From: an uncultured Prevotella sp.
GTDB lineage: Bacteria; Bacteroidota; Bacteroidia; Bacteroidales; Bacteroidaceae
Assembly: GCA_946540435.1 (NCBI GenBank)
Contig: CAMNII010000005.1
Span: 2,356 to 66,355, forward strand
Direction of reading: 5' to 3'
DNA length: 64,000 nt
Part shown: one piece after another, positions 18,921 to 28,802 of the stretch
How the letters are laid out: every line of letters starts with the position of its first letter
Position numbering within the stretch: the stretch's first letter is position 1
Notes under the pieces: generated by a model
Database searches by the model: none
What the model was told of the DNA's origin: nothing
The model's input: only the letters and a program-made list of their open reading frames with translations
Position numbers and translations under genes: made by a program

Positions 18921-19988
18921 ATGGCTCAATGGCAACAGATTCAAATACAACGAGAGAATGGCGAGGCTGTTGATGCTCAGGCTCCAATCATTGTCTCTGC
19001 AAGCAGGAGTACGGATATTCCAGCCTTCTATGCAGATTGGTTCTTCCATCGACTGAAGGTGGGCTATTCTGCATGGACAAATCCTTTTAATGGGTTGAAG
19101 AGCTATGTGACGTATCAGAATACTCGCTTTATCGTGTTTTGGTCAAAGAATCCTCTTCCCTTGCTCAATCATCTTGACTATCTCGAAGAAAGGAATATCG
19201 GTTGTTATATCCAATATACGCTGAATGACTACGAAAAGGAAAAATTGGAACAAGGTGTGCCTGCTCTTCAGCAGCGTATTGATACCTTTAAGCAACTTGT
19301 TGACAAATTAGGAAAAGGTCGTGTCGTATGGCGCTTTGACCCGCTGATACTGACAGACGATATTTCCATAGACACTTTGTTGGCGAAGATAGAGTATATA
19401 GGAGATCAATTACAAGGATATACAGAAAAACTTGTTTTCAGCTATGCAGACATTCTGAATTATCGAAAGGTGAAAGCCAATCTCGAAAAGAGTCATATTC
19501 CCTATCATGAATGGACGGAGCCGCAGATGCTTGAATTTGCAAAGGGCTTGTCTGCACTCAACAAGAAATGGGGATTTACCTTGGCCACTTGTGGAGAGAA
19601 AGTAGATTTACAGCAGTTTGGCATTGAACACAACCACTGTGTTGACGATGCGCTCATCATCCGTTTTGCATACGAAGACAAAGCATTAATGGACTTTCTT
19701 AAAGTCGAGACATTCCCTATGCCTGTTCCAAACCTCTTTGGCGAATCAGAGCCTTTGCCTGAGGATGCTATCATTCTTCCCAACAACACGTATGCCACTC
19801 GTGGTGACAATCGGGACAAAGGTCAACGCCTCTTTTGTGGTTGCATAGTCAGCAAGGATATTGGTGAATATAATACTTGCCCTCATTTGTGTGAATACTG
19901 CTATGCAAATACGAGCAAAGATGCTGCAGTGAGGAACAGGGAAGAACATAGAATGAATCAATTTGGAGAAACAATAAAAGGAATGTAA
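18921..19988 (+). CDS. DUF1848 family protein (radical-SAM-like, C-terminal Cys cluster)
   Basis: IVSASRSTDIPAFYADWF, VFWSKNP, WRFDPLI, GQRLFCGC..SKDIGEYNTCPHLCEYCYAN. Confidence 0.9.
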   Translation: MAQWQQIQIQRENGEAVDAQAPIIVSASRSTDIPAFYADWFFHRLKVGYSAWTNPFNGLKSYVTYQNTRFIVFWSKNPLPLLNHLDYLEERNIGCYIQYTLNDYEKEKLEQGVPALQQRIDTFKQLVDKLGKGRVVWRFDPLILTDDISIDTLLAKIEYIGDQLQGYTEKLVFSYADILNYRKVKANLEKSHIPYHEWTEPQMLEFAKGLSALNKKWGFTLATCGEKVDLQQFGIEHNHCVDDALIIRFAYEDKALMDFLKVETFPMPVPNLFGESEPLPEDAIILPNNTYATRGDNRDKGQRLFCGCIVSKDIGEYNTCPHLCEYCYANTSKDAAVRNREEHRMNQFGETIKGM

Positions 19989-19989
19989 T

Positions 19990-22900
19990 ATGAAACCATT
20001 GAAGCGATTCATTCAACAAAATAGTGGATGGGCATTTCTGTTTGAGGATGGAACAACAGAATTTTATCCTGCATTAACCTCAGATATTTCAGCTTTTGGA
20101 AAAGGGGAGTTCTTTGAGGATTCTGAACATCTATCGTGTTCTTGGGACTTTGACGAGTACAAATTGTGCCCAATATGCAAAAATGGCAAATGGGGTTTCG
20201 TAAATAAAAACTTCGAATACTCGATTCCATGTAAATATGATTTTGCAGGAATTGCAGTTAAGGATCAAGTTTACAGACATTGTTGTAACCATACAATTTA
20301 CTTCCATCACTATTTCTGGAATGCCTATACATTGTCAGAGCAGAAATCCGAAAAATATCTAAATTTCCATGAGAGAGTTAAGCCTTTTTATTGTCCTGTA
20401 TTACTTGGTAACAGATGGCTACAAATCGACGAGAATGGCAATGAACTTGCCTTTGAAAATATTGATACATATAAGACAGCTCTTAATCGAATTAATAATG
20501 TAAATGTTTCAAGCATTATTAAACTATGCCACGAATTATTGCCTGAGCAATGGAAATCTTACCCCTGGAAACATCCAGAGTTGGTGCATGGTATTGGACT
20601 ATTGGCTAGTGAAGAAGCTCTTAATTGCTATATGTCTGCTTATGGGGAAATGCATGTTGGTAAGTTACGTGCAGCAATTATGAATTTCCCTTTTAATAAG
20701 TTGGTCGGCTCTATAGAAATTGTCGATTGGGGTTGTGGACAAGGTATTGGCTCCACAACGTTAATAGAAGTATTACAACAGCGTGACTTGTTGAAGTGGG
20801 TAAAAAGGATCACACTTGTTGAACCATCACCAAATGCCATCCAACGAGCGTTGTGCAATATTTCTAAGATGGTTGACAATAACATAGAAATAAATGCAAT
20901 TAACAAATTCATGCCTGCCACAGTAGAAGTGACAGGTGAAGTAGTGACTTCTATTGGCTATAGATACAGCAAAGTCATTCATGTTTTCTCAAATATTCTT
21001 GATGTCAAGGCTATAGATTTGGCAGAAGTGGCACGCATGGTAGCTTCTTCTCATGGTAATCATTTCATTCTATGTATGGGACCCAAGAACAGTGCCGCTT
21101 ACAGAATTGAACAGTTTTGTTCAGTATTTGGTGAACAAGAATATTTTAGCCATATTGATAGCGTGAGATATGGACGAACTCAAAGAACAGGTCATCCCTA
21201 TACCTGCATGACGCGTTGTTTCGCTTATAATGGGGCATCATTAGACTTGAGCAGATTGTCATTGTATCATGATAGTGGAGAGGATGTGTTCAATGATTAT
21301 GACATGCAGCTACAATGGCAAAACAAGGTGATGTCTCGAGAGAAAGCAAGAGTTGCATATCGTCTTCAGAGTATATTGTCAGTAGATGATATCCTATATG
21401 TTGATCCTGTTATTAATGAAGTGGCAGTTGATTTTATTATTGTTCGTCCAAATAAAGGGTTACTTCTACTAAATGTGTTTGAAGAGGATCTTAATAAATG
21501 CCAATTACCCAAGGATGGCAAAGGGATTTCTGTATTAGGTGAAAATGAGGTAGTCACAAAAACACTTCAGTCACCCATTGAACTTATTAGTTTGTGCCAA
21601 ACCAGTATTAAGGATGGAATTGAAGAACTACTGTTGAGTACAATAGAAAGCAGTAAAAACTATGGTTTAATCAAGAAAGCGGTTGTGTTTACAGTTAATG
21701 ACAACAATAAAGTTAGAGATTTCTTTGGTTTATCGGGTGAGCATATTAACTACACATATTTATTTGGAAGTGAGTTTATCTCCAAGAAAAGCATCTCGCA
21801 AGGACTTTATACCCAAATAGGACTTATTAACACCTCATCATATTTTGATGATGTAGTAAAACGTAAGATTGCAAAGATGCTTTCTCCTGCATGGCATTCT
21901 TATCAAGAAGGAAAAGCTGGATTTGAACCAAAAGGAGCACAAAAGAAACTCGTGGTTAGTCAAAATACACATCAGAAAATCAGTGGAGTTGCAGGATCTG
22001 GTAAAACTCATGTTCTCGCTGCCCGTGCTGTAAATGCGATGAAACGAACGGGTGGAGATGTACTTATACTAACTTTCAATATTACATTAGCAAATTACTT
22101 GAGATATAGGCTCTCCGAACTGCGAGAGGATTTTTCATGGGAGAAAATAGATATTTATCCCTATCATCAATTTTTTAGGATACGAGCCTCAGAATGTAAA
22201 CTTCATGTTGAGTTCGGATCATATGATAATCAGTCGTTCTTTAAGGATGTGAATGTTCATAAGCGTTATTCCGCTATCCTTGTAGACGAGGTACAAGACT
22301 ATACTACCGAATGGCTAAGAATCGTTATGCAGAACTTTCTTTTGCCTAATGGAGAGTTTGTTGTGTTTGGTGATCCTAAGCAAAATGTTTATCACAGACC
22401 CATAGATAGTAATGGCGATATCCGATTGGGTGTTATTGGTGGTGTATGGAACAAAGAGCTGAGCACAGGACGGCGTTTTACCAACCCTCGACTTGCATCT
22501 TTAGCTACAGCGTTCCAGACAAGGTTCTTATCTAAGCAGTCCGTTGACACCATCAACGCGGCAAGTGATTTTGATAATTCGCTGAACTTTCAGATAGTCA
22601 CTTATTACAATATGAGAGGGGTATTCACCATGGATAATCTGGTATTGAAATTAACAGAGATAATCAAAAATAGCAACAATAGTCCAAAGGACTTTGTTGT
22701 TTTGGCATCCTATTCTAAACTGCTGCAAATAATTGATTTTAAGTATCGAGAAAAGACAGGAGAAAAGACAGAAATTACCTTTGTCTCTACAGAACAATTC
22801 GAACATTTGAAACAGTTGCATAATATTACCGATAAGCAACCTGCCAATTGGAAGTTCAAAAGAGACTATGAAGCATTAGGTCGTACTAGGAAACAACTGT

Positions 22901-23133
22901 TCACCACAGATAAGCGGTGTTTGAAACTCTCAACTATCAAAAGTTTCAAAGGATGGGAATCGCCTTCCGTGATAATTATTCTGGATGACGAGTATAATAC
23001 CAAAGTAGCTTGCCGAACTCCGATGGAGCCAGAAATGATGTATACGGCAATTACACGAGCTCGAGAAAATCTGTACATAATCAATATAGGTAACGAAACT
23101 TACGATAAATTCTTCAAAGAACAAACAATATGA
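19990..23133 (+). CDS. Multidomain protein: WG-like repeat + SAM methyltransferase-like + degenerate NERD + UvrD-like SF1 helicase
   Basis: KNGKWGFVN; IVDWGCGQGIG and FSNILDV; VDFIIVRPNKGLLLLNVFE; GVAGSGKT, ILVDEVQD, FGDPKQ, TIKSFKGWE, YTAITRAR. Confidence 0.75.
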   Translation: MKPLKRFIQQNSGWAFLFEDGTTEFYPALTSDISAFGKGEFFEDSEHLSCSWDFDEYKLCPICKNGKWGFVNKNFEYSIPCKYDFAGIAVKDQVYRHCCNHTIYFHHYFWNAYTLSEQKSEKYLNFHERVKPFYCPVLLGNRWLQIDENGNELAFENIDTYKTALNRINNVNVSSIIKLCHELLPEQWKSYPWKHPELVHGIGLLASEEALNCYMSAYGEMHVGKLRAAIMNFPFNKLVGSIEIVDWGCGQGIGSTTLIEVLQQRDLLKWVKRITLVEPSPNAIQRALCNISKMVDNNIEINAINKFMPATVEVTGEVVTSIGYRYSKVIHVFSNILDVKAIDLAEVARMVASSHGNHFILCMGPKNSAAYRIEQFCSVFGEQEYFSHIDSVRYGRTQRTGHPYTCMTRCFAYNGASLDLSRLSLYHDSGEDVFNDYDMQLQWQNKVMSREKARVAYRLQSILSVDDILYVDPVINEVAVDFIIVRPNKGLLLLNVFEEDLNKCQLPKDGKGISVLGENEVVTKTLQSPIELISLCQTSIKDGIEELLLSTIESSKNYGLIKKAVVFTVNDNNKVRDFFGLSGEHINYTYLFGSEFISKKSISQGLYTQIGLINTSSYFDDVVKRKIAKMLSPAWHSYQEGKAGFEPKGAQKKLVVSQNTHQKISGVAGSGKTHVLAARAVNAMKRTGGDVLILTFNITLANYLRYRLSELREDFSWEKIDIYPYHQFFRIRASECKLHVEFGSYDNQSFFKDVNVHKRYSAILVDEVQDYTTEWLRIVMQNFLLPNGEFVVFGDPKQNVYHRPIDSNGDIRLGVIGGVWNKELSTGRRFTNPRLASLATAFQTRFLSKQSVDTINAASDFDNSLNFQIVTYYNMRGVFTMDNLVLKLTEIIKNSNNSPKDFVVLASYSKLLQIIDFKYREKTGEKTEITFVSTEQFEHLKQLHNITDKQPANWKFKRDYEALGRTRKQLFTTDKRCLKLSTIKSFKGWESPSVIIILDDEYNTKVACRTPMEPEMMYTAITRARENLYIINIGNETYDKFFKEQTI

Positions 23134-23438
23134 CACAACTTACACCAATAGAGAAATTAGCAATTGTGACCATTCTCTCACAGATAATAAATGCTGATGG
23201 CATTATACATCCGAAGGAGGAAGAATATATAGATAAGGTTTATGCCGAACTAGGTATAACCATTAGTAATATGGAAGATATGGCTAACATGGATGAAATT
23301 CAAGCCAAATCTGTTGTAAATAAAATGCAGGAAGAGAAAAAACGATATGCACAATCTCTATTCGTTTCAATGGCTGAGGCAGATGGATATGTACATCCAA
23401 AGGAAACGGAGATAATAAATCATATATGGCAGAATTAA
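23130..23438 (+). CDS. TerB family protein
   Basis: Two ADG.(I/V)HPKE motifs (INADGIIHPKE, EADGYVHPKE). Confidence 0.85.
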   Translation: MTQLTPIEKLAIVTILSQIINADGIIHPKEEEYIDKVYAELGITISNMEDMANMDEIQAKSVVNKMQEEKKRYAQSLFVSMAEADGYVHPKETEIINHIWQN

Positions 23439-23451
23439 ACACTTTCGTAAT

Positions 23452-24063
23452 ATGGCGGCAAAAGAATTTCTTGCAAAATTAATACTTGGAAATGATATAC
23501 ACAAGGATCTGACATTTGCTGAGGAAGATGTGTATGAGGCAAGAGACAAGTATAATAATGCTTATCTGGTAATTGGTGTGCTTGAGGAAAAGAACAGATT
23601 ATTGAGTGAATCCTTAGCTACATCTAAGCAAGACATGTCTTCTTTACAGAGTGAGAAGGAATTAATAGATGCATTGCTTTCACAACTACTAAGCGATGAA
23701 GAATTAGGCAATGCGAAAATTATACTTGAAGGTAGGCTTAATGAAAAAAAAACACAACTTAGTAGACTAAAAGAAAAAGTGTTTATTCTAAAAAGATTAG
23801 GGAAATTGAAGGAAGAAAAGACTTCTTTAGAGCTCGATAATGCCAATTTGTCCCGTGAGATAGAATTATTTAATACTGTAGCTCAACGGGAAAAAATTAG
23901 AGATAATCTGTTAGCTCTGAAAGAAAAATGGCAAGAAACGCGTGATGGTTTTACGAAAAGGGTAGTTGTTGCTGACAATCTGAAATCCCTTGAGGGATTG
24001 AAACGTGAACTTGAAGATTACGAGAAACGTATTAAAAACTCTATTGAAATTGCAGTAAAATGA
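23452..24063 (+). CDS. Coiled-coil hypothetical protein
   Basis: Heptad-rich L/E/K composition throughout. Stop overlaps the next start. Confidence 0.7.
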   Translation: MAAKEFLAKLILGNDIHKDLTFAEEDVYEARDKYNNAYLVIGVLEEKNRLLSESLATSKQDMSSLQSEKELIDALLSQLLSDEELGNAKIILEGRLNEKKTQLSRLKEKVFILKRLGKLKEEKTSLELDNANLSREIELFNTVAQREKIRDNLLALKEKWQETRDGFTKRVVVADNLKSLEGLKRELEDYEKRIKNSIEIAVK

Positions 24064-27000
24064 AGATAAAAATTGCCAGCATGCTTTTGGGAGAGGATGT
24101 TAGAGCCATTCTCGACAAGATACAAACACGTAAATATGAGGCTTTGAATTTTAAGTCTCAACTGAAAGATTTGGTGCAGAGAAAGCAAAAACTAAATCAG
24201 CAATTATCTGTTTTAGAACAACAAAAGGAAAGCATTGACAAGAAAATTGTAACTTTGAGGAATGAAGTTGAAGAGAAGAGGCCTTTACGAAACGTAGCAG
24301 AACAAATAGTTCTGATAGAGAAAGACATCATTAACAAAGAAACAGAAGTAAGTGATTTATCGTCAAGTATTAGAGAGTCACAACAATCTATTACTCTGCT
24401 TCAGGAAGAAATAGGCGCCCTTAAAATGCGTAAGATAAAGTTAGAAGTTGAAAAGAAGCAATACGAAAATGCAACAGATGTCGAAGATGAAATTTCCGAA
24501 AAGTTGCAGAGTATAAATTCGGATATAACAAGTCTACAGGATTGGCTACGGAGTCGTAGTGGTGAGTTAACACAAATTGAGAGCAAGATTGCAGAACATA
24601 TCAAGGAATTAGAAGAAAAGGAAGAACCTGTGGCACCACCTCAAGACAACGCGTTAGAAGGAAAAGAAGAGGTAGGCAATGAGGATAAAACGGACATTTC
24701 CCCTACTGAAACGAACGGGAACAAAGTGCCTGATGATGATAAAAGAAATGAAACAGTAGAACCACCAACTCGGAAAAAACGCGACCACAAAATTAAAGAA
24801 GTCTTTGATATAGAAACAGGTGAGACCTTGTATGCAGAAGATTTCTTCAAAAAAACTATAGATGAATTACAGAGGTGGCGTGCTATTTTTCAACAATGTA
24901 TCTCTCAAGGCTACAGACGTTTTATCTGTCCCAAATGCCTTGAAATGATTCGTATCTCAGGTAGGGGTGACGAACGTGGTGTACCTGCTATTTTTACCCA
25001 TAAGAATGACAATGTTTTCTGTAAGAGAACTACAACAGGACAATCTGAGGAGGATATCAACCGGAAAAAATACGGATTGTTTGGCCAGAGTCAACGACAT
25101 AAGGACTTGAAGCAGGAACTCTATGACAGGCTGTGTGATAGGAATAGTATTTCTATGGGTGTTAGTAATGTAGAAATAGAGAAACGAGTTTATAGTGCCT
25201 TGCCTTTCTTCGGTTGGCGTCAGCCTGATGTACAGATAGAATATAAAGGTCATAAAATTGTTTTCGAGATTCAGTTATCCACAACATTCCTAAGTGTTAT
25301 CACCGAACGCGATACATTCTACCGTTTGAACGATTACTATATTATATGGTTATTCAACTTTGATGATAACAGGAAATACGTTGACCTGAACAATCTTGCC
25401 ATGAAAGATATATATTTTGCGAACAAACGTAATGCATTTATTTTTGATGACGAAGCGAGGGAATGGAGCAGAGAAAGTGGGCAACTGGTACTGAAATGTA
25501 ATTGGGTTGAGCCAGATTCAACATGGCATTACGCCAACACAGAAAAGCGTTTCGGAGGAGAACGAGTCACTCTTGATATGCTCAAGTTCGATCATGATAC
25601 TCATAAACACTATTATATAGACGCAGAAACACCTTATTTCGAAAAACATCCAGATATTGCGAAGCGTCTCATCTCTGAACAGAAAACAAGGGAGGAATAT
25701 ATTAAGGAATTAGAGCAGAGTGCACAAGAAAAAGAAATAAGGAAGCAGGAAGCTATTGAACAAATGGTGAGAGACGGCGGACACGTCATACCATTTGAAG
25801 AAAAGAAGAAAAAAGAAAAGAAGAAAATAGGTTTTAAATATGGGACTACCCATATCATTGAACCTCATTTTACTTCATGTGTCCCCCGAGAAGATGGCAC
25901 ATTTATTGTTGGATATCGTAGTCACGAAGGACTTGTAAACCAATATGGCGACATGATTCGTGAATGCGAGTATATCAAAATCCATCCTCTTTCAGGAAGT
26001 GCATATATTGCAGAGGGACTATCTTCTTTTTGGTTAGGCAATATAAATAGTACGTTTCGTGAACGCAGAAAAGGAGACCGGGTCGAATCCATGCTTCTGA
26101 CAGAAAGAGTAGAAAAGGTTAGTTTATTTCATAAAGATGAAGACAAACCATTCTCTTCATTCTATGTAATAGATGGAACAAAGTTTTTTGTTCACTTAAG
26201 TTACAGCACTGTTCTTATTGACCTAGAAGGAAAAAAAATTGTAGAAGAAGATTTCTCTAAAATGAAACTCATCCTTGATCGGAATCTGATGCATGTACAA
26301 CGAAAAAAGGATGGAAAATGGAACGATTTGGATTTCGATGGGAATTACATTTCCGATTGGACTATCTATGAAGAAATAAGTGGATGGGGCGAAGGACTTC
26401 GAATAGGTAAAGTTCATAAAGAAGAGGACTGGCAACAACCAGAAAAGACTTATTTCGATATTATTGATACTGAAGGAAATATTATTACAGGTGGATTGTC
26501 TTCTATTGGCGGGTTGAATAAAGGAAAAGCAAAAGTTATCATTGAAGGAAAAAATGCAGAAATAGACGCTAAAGGTCATCTTGTTCCAGAAACAATAATA
26601 CAACTATCTGACAACATTATAGCTTCAAAGGTGTTGGGATATTGGGAATTAGCTAATCAAGAAGGAAAAATCATTTTGAGTCGAAAAGAAAGAATAACGG
26701 AAATAGAACAACTTATCGTGAATCTTATTGTCATTCATCGGCATTCCAACTCTGGCTTAGTTGATGCAAATGGGATAATTATTCCATGCAATCACAAGTC
26801 TATAAGTTTATGGGCTGAAAGTATTATTAAGGTTGAAGATGTTAGTTGCGAGTACTTAGTTGATTTTTCTGGTAAACGTGTAAGCTCTAACTACAGCCAG
26901 ATATGTGCATTAGAAAACGACAAGGCAAAAGTTCTATTGAACAATTGCTTCGGTTATATTGATAAAAATGGAAAGCCCGTTACCGAGAAGGAGATACAAT

Positions 27001-27641
27001 TATCTGACGGCAGTATAAAATACCTTTTCATGGGAAAATGGGGAATCCGTAACTCTAAAGGCCAAACTACTTTGGATTGTTTATATGATGAGATTACAAC
27101 TTATCATGGTTATTATTATGTAATTGCTGACAAGAAGATAACAAAAACCAATAGGAAGACAACAAATATAGTTCCAGTTAAAGGGGTAAAAACAAGGGAA
27201 TCAGATAAAACTATAGTATTTAATGTGGCAGGCAAGGACTTCCTTGTACCTAGAGACATTTCTACTCAGTACTGGAATGGCAACATACCAGAATATGCAG
27301 ATCTTATCATCAAATACTTTCATAAGGAAACAAGTGGGAGAGGATGGCTTAGAAATACGCAATTGCATGTTTATGCAAAGCCATACCGTCAACAAGAGAA
27401 GAAATCTTATAAACAAAGAGAAATCCCAATACATGAAACAGTTAAAGGCGTTATCAACTGGGTACATTATGGAAATGCCATTGTAAGACTCCCTGATAGA
27501 AGTACATTATATGTTCACAGAAGCAATTTCAGAGGTATAACTCTTGACAAGACCTATAAAGGGAAAGAGATAGAACTCAAGAAAGTTGGAGTTAATGAGG
27601 AACATAATAAAGATGTATGGGAAATTGTTAGGATAGAATAA
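24060..27641 (+). CDS. Coiled-coil + CoiA/DUF6035-like PD-(D/E)XK nuclease + WG repeats + C-terminal S1/OB-like domain
   Basis: ~190-aa coiled-coil; FICPKC...FTH...C; WRQPDV...IVFEIQLS; repeats GLVNQYG, GLVDANG, FGYIDKNG, KWGIRNSKG; ETVKGVI...LYVHRSNF. Confidence 0.7.
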   Translation: MKIKIASMLLGEDVRAILDKIQTRKYEALNFKSQLKDLVQRKQKLNQQLSVLEQQKESIDKKIVTLRNEVEEKRPLRNVAEQIVLIEKDIINKETEVSDLSSSIRESQQSITLLQEEIGALKMRKIKLEVEKKQYENATDVEDEISEKLQSINSDITSLQDWLRSRSGELTQIESKIAEHIKELEEKEEPVAPPQDNALEGKEEVGNEDKTDISPTETNGNKVPDDDKRNETVEPPTRKKRDHKIKEVFDIETGETLYAEDFFKKTIDELQRWRAIFQQCISQGYRRFICPKCLEMIRISGRGDERGVPAIFTHKNDNVFCKRTTTGQSEEDINRKKYGLFGQSQRHKDLKQELYDRLCDRNSISMGVSNVEIEKRVYSALPFFGWRQPDVQIEYKGHKIVFEIQLSTTFLSVITERDTFYRLNDYYIIWLFNFDDNRKYVDLNNLAMKDIYFANKRNAFIFDDEAREWSRESGQLVLKCNWVEPDSTWHYANTEKRFGGERVTLDMLKFDHDTHKHYYIDAETPYFEKHPDIAKRLISEQKTREEYIKELEQSAQEKEIRKQEAIEQMVRDGGHVIPFEEKKKKEKKKIGFKYGTTHIIEPHFTSCVPREDGTFIVGYRSHEGLVNQYGDMIRECEYIKIHPLSGSAYIAEGLSSFWLGNINSTFRERRKGDRVESMLLTERVEKVSLFHKDEDKPFSSFYVIDGTKFFVHLSYSTVLIDLEGKKIVEEDFSKMKLILDRNLMHVQRKKDGKWNDLDFDGNYISDWTIYEEISGWGEGLRIGKVHKEEDWQQPEKTYFDIIDTEGNIITGGLSSIGGLNKGKAKVIIEGKNAEIDAKGHLVPETIIQLSDNIIASKVLGYWELANQEGKIILSRKERITEIEQLIVNLIVIHRHSNSGLVDANGIIIPCNHKSISLWAESIIKVEDVSCEYLVDFSGKRVSSNYSQICALENDKAKVLLNNCFGYIDKNGKPVTEKEIQLSDGSIKYLFMGKWGIRNSKGQTTLDCLYDEITTYHGYYYVIADKKITKTNRKTTNIVPVKGVKTRESDKTIVFNVAGKDFLVPRDISTQYWNGNIPEYADLIIKYFHKETSGRGWLRNTQLHVYAKPYRQQEKKSYKQREIPIHETVKGVINWVHYGNAIVRLPDRSTLYVHRSNFRGITLDKTYKGKEIELKKVGVNEEHNKDVWEIVRIE

Positions 27642-27755
27642 CACATAAACAAATGCTGCTTCTAGGCTTACGCATGGGTATGCTTGCAAGCAGCCTAATT
27701 GGAGCCTATAAGGAGGCCAAAGCAATAGTATATGAAATGAAAACGTAATAAATAT

Positions 27756-28787
27756 ATGGCAAAGCGAAGAGAAATACGAAATAGCACTGCTGAATTCCTC
27801 ATCTTTCAGATAGAGGGCAAGGAACAGGGGATAGAGGTTTACTACAAGGATAAAACCGTGTGGTGCACTCAGAAGGCGATGGGGATGCTGTTCGATTGCA
27901 CCTCTGACAATATTAGTGTGCATTTGCAGAACATCTATGATACTGACGAACTGAAAAAAGAGGCAACTACCGAGAAAATTTCGGTAGTTCGACGTGAAGG
28001 TAACAGGGATGTCAATCGTACACTCCAGTTCTATAACCTCGATGCCATCATCAGCGTGGGATATCGCGTGAACTCGATTCGCGCAACTCAGTTCCGACAG
28101 TGGGCTACCAGTGTGCTGCGAGAATATGCCGTTCGTGGCTATGTACTGGACAGGAAACGAATGGAGAATGGAACTTTTCTGGATGAGGACTATTTCGAGC
28201 ACCTGTTGGCTGAAATCAGGGAGATACGCCTCTCGGAACGTCGGTTCTATCAGAAACTGACAGATATTTACGCAACAGCCATCGACTATAATCGGGATGC
28301 TCCCACGACGAGGCTCTTCTTTAAGATGATGCAGAATAAGATGCACTATGCCGTTCATGGGCGTACTGCGGCAGAACTGATAGTGGAAAGGGCTGATGCA
28401 GAGCAAGAGCACATGGGACTGACTACTTGGGAAAATGCTCCTGACGGTAAGATAGTGAAGACTGATGTGGCAATAGCCAAAAACTATCTGAAGGAGATGG
28501 AATTGGCAGATATGGGACAGTTGGTGAATGGTGTCCTTGAATTAGCTGAACGTATGGCTAAGCGTCATATCCCGATGACGATGGAGGACTGGGCAAAACA
28601 GATAGACACCATCCTTGCAGCAGGCGGGAATGAGGTGTTGCAATCGGCAGGGAGCGTGACTGCAGAAGAAGCGAAGGACCATGCAGAAACGGAATTTGAG
28701 AAATATCGAATCATTCAAGACCGCCTCTTCCAAAGCGACTTTGACAAGTTTTTGGGAGAATTGCCGTTTATAGATGGTAACGAATAA
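27756..28787 (+). CDS. RhuM family protein
   Basis: YNLDAIISVGYRVNSIRATQFRQWAT, IREIRLSERRFYQK, MGLTTW and IAKNYL motifs. Confidence 0.92.
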   Translation: MAKRREIRNSTAEFLIFQIEGKEQGIEVYYKDKTVWCTQKAMGMLFDCTSDNISVHLQNIYDTDELKKEATTEKISVVRREGNRDVNRTLQFYNLDAIISVGYRVNSIRATQFRQWATSVLREYAVRGYVLDRKRMENGTFLDEDYFEHLLAEIREIRLSERRFYQKLTDIYATAIDYNRDAPTTRLFFKMMQNKMHYAVHGRTAAELIVERADAEQEHMGLTTWENAPDGKIVKTDVAIAKNYLKEMELADMGQLVNGVLELAERMAKRHIPMTMEDWAKQIDTILAAGGNEVLQSAGSVTAEEAKDHAETEFEKYRIIQDRLFQSDFDKFLGELPFIDGNE

Positions 28788-28802
28788 AAACGTTATAATG
28801 AC

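Noticed and set aside
23130-23438. Tellurite-resistance (ter) operon or Shango system
   Set aside because: A lone small TerB; no TerC/TerD, and no Shango-type ATPase or SF2 helicase.
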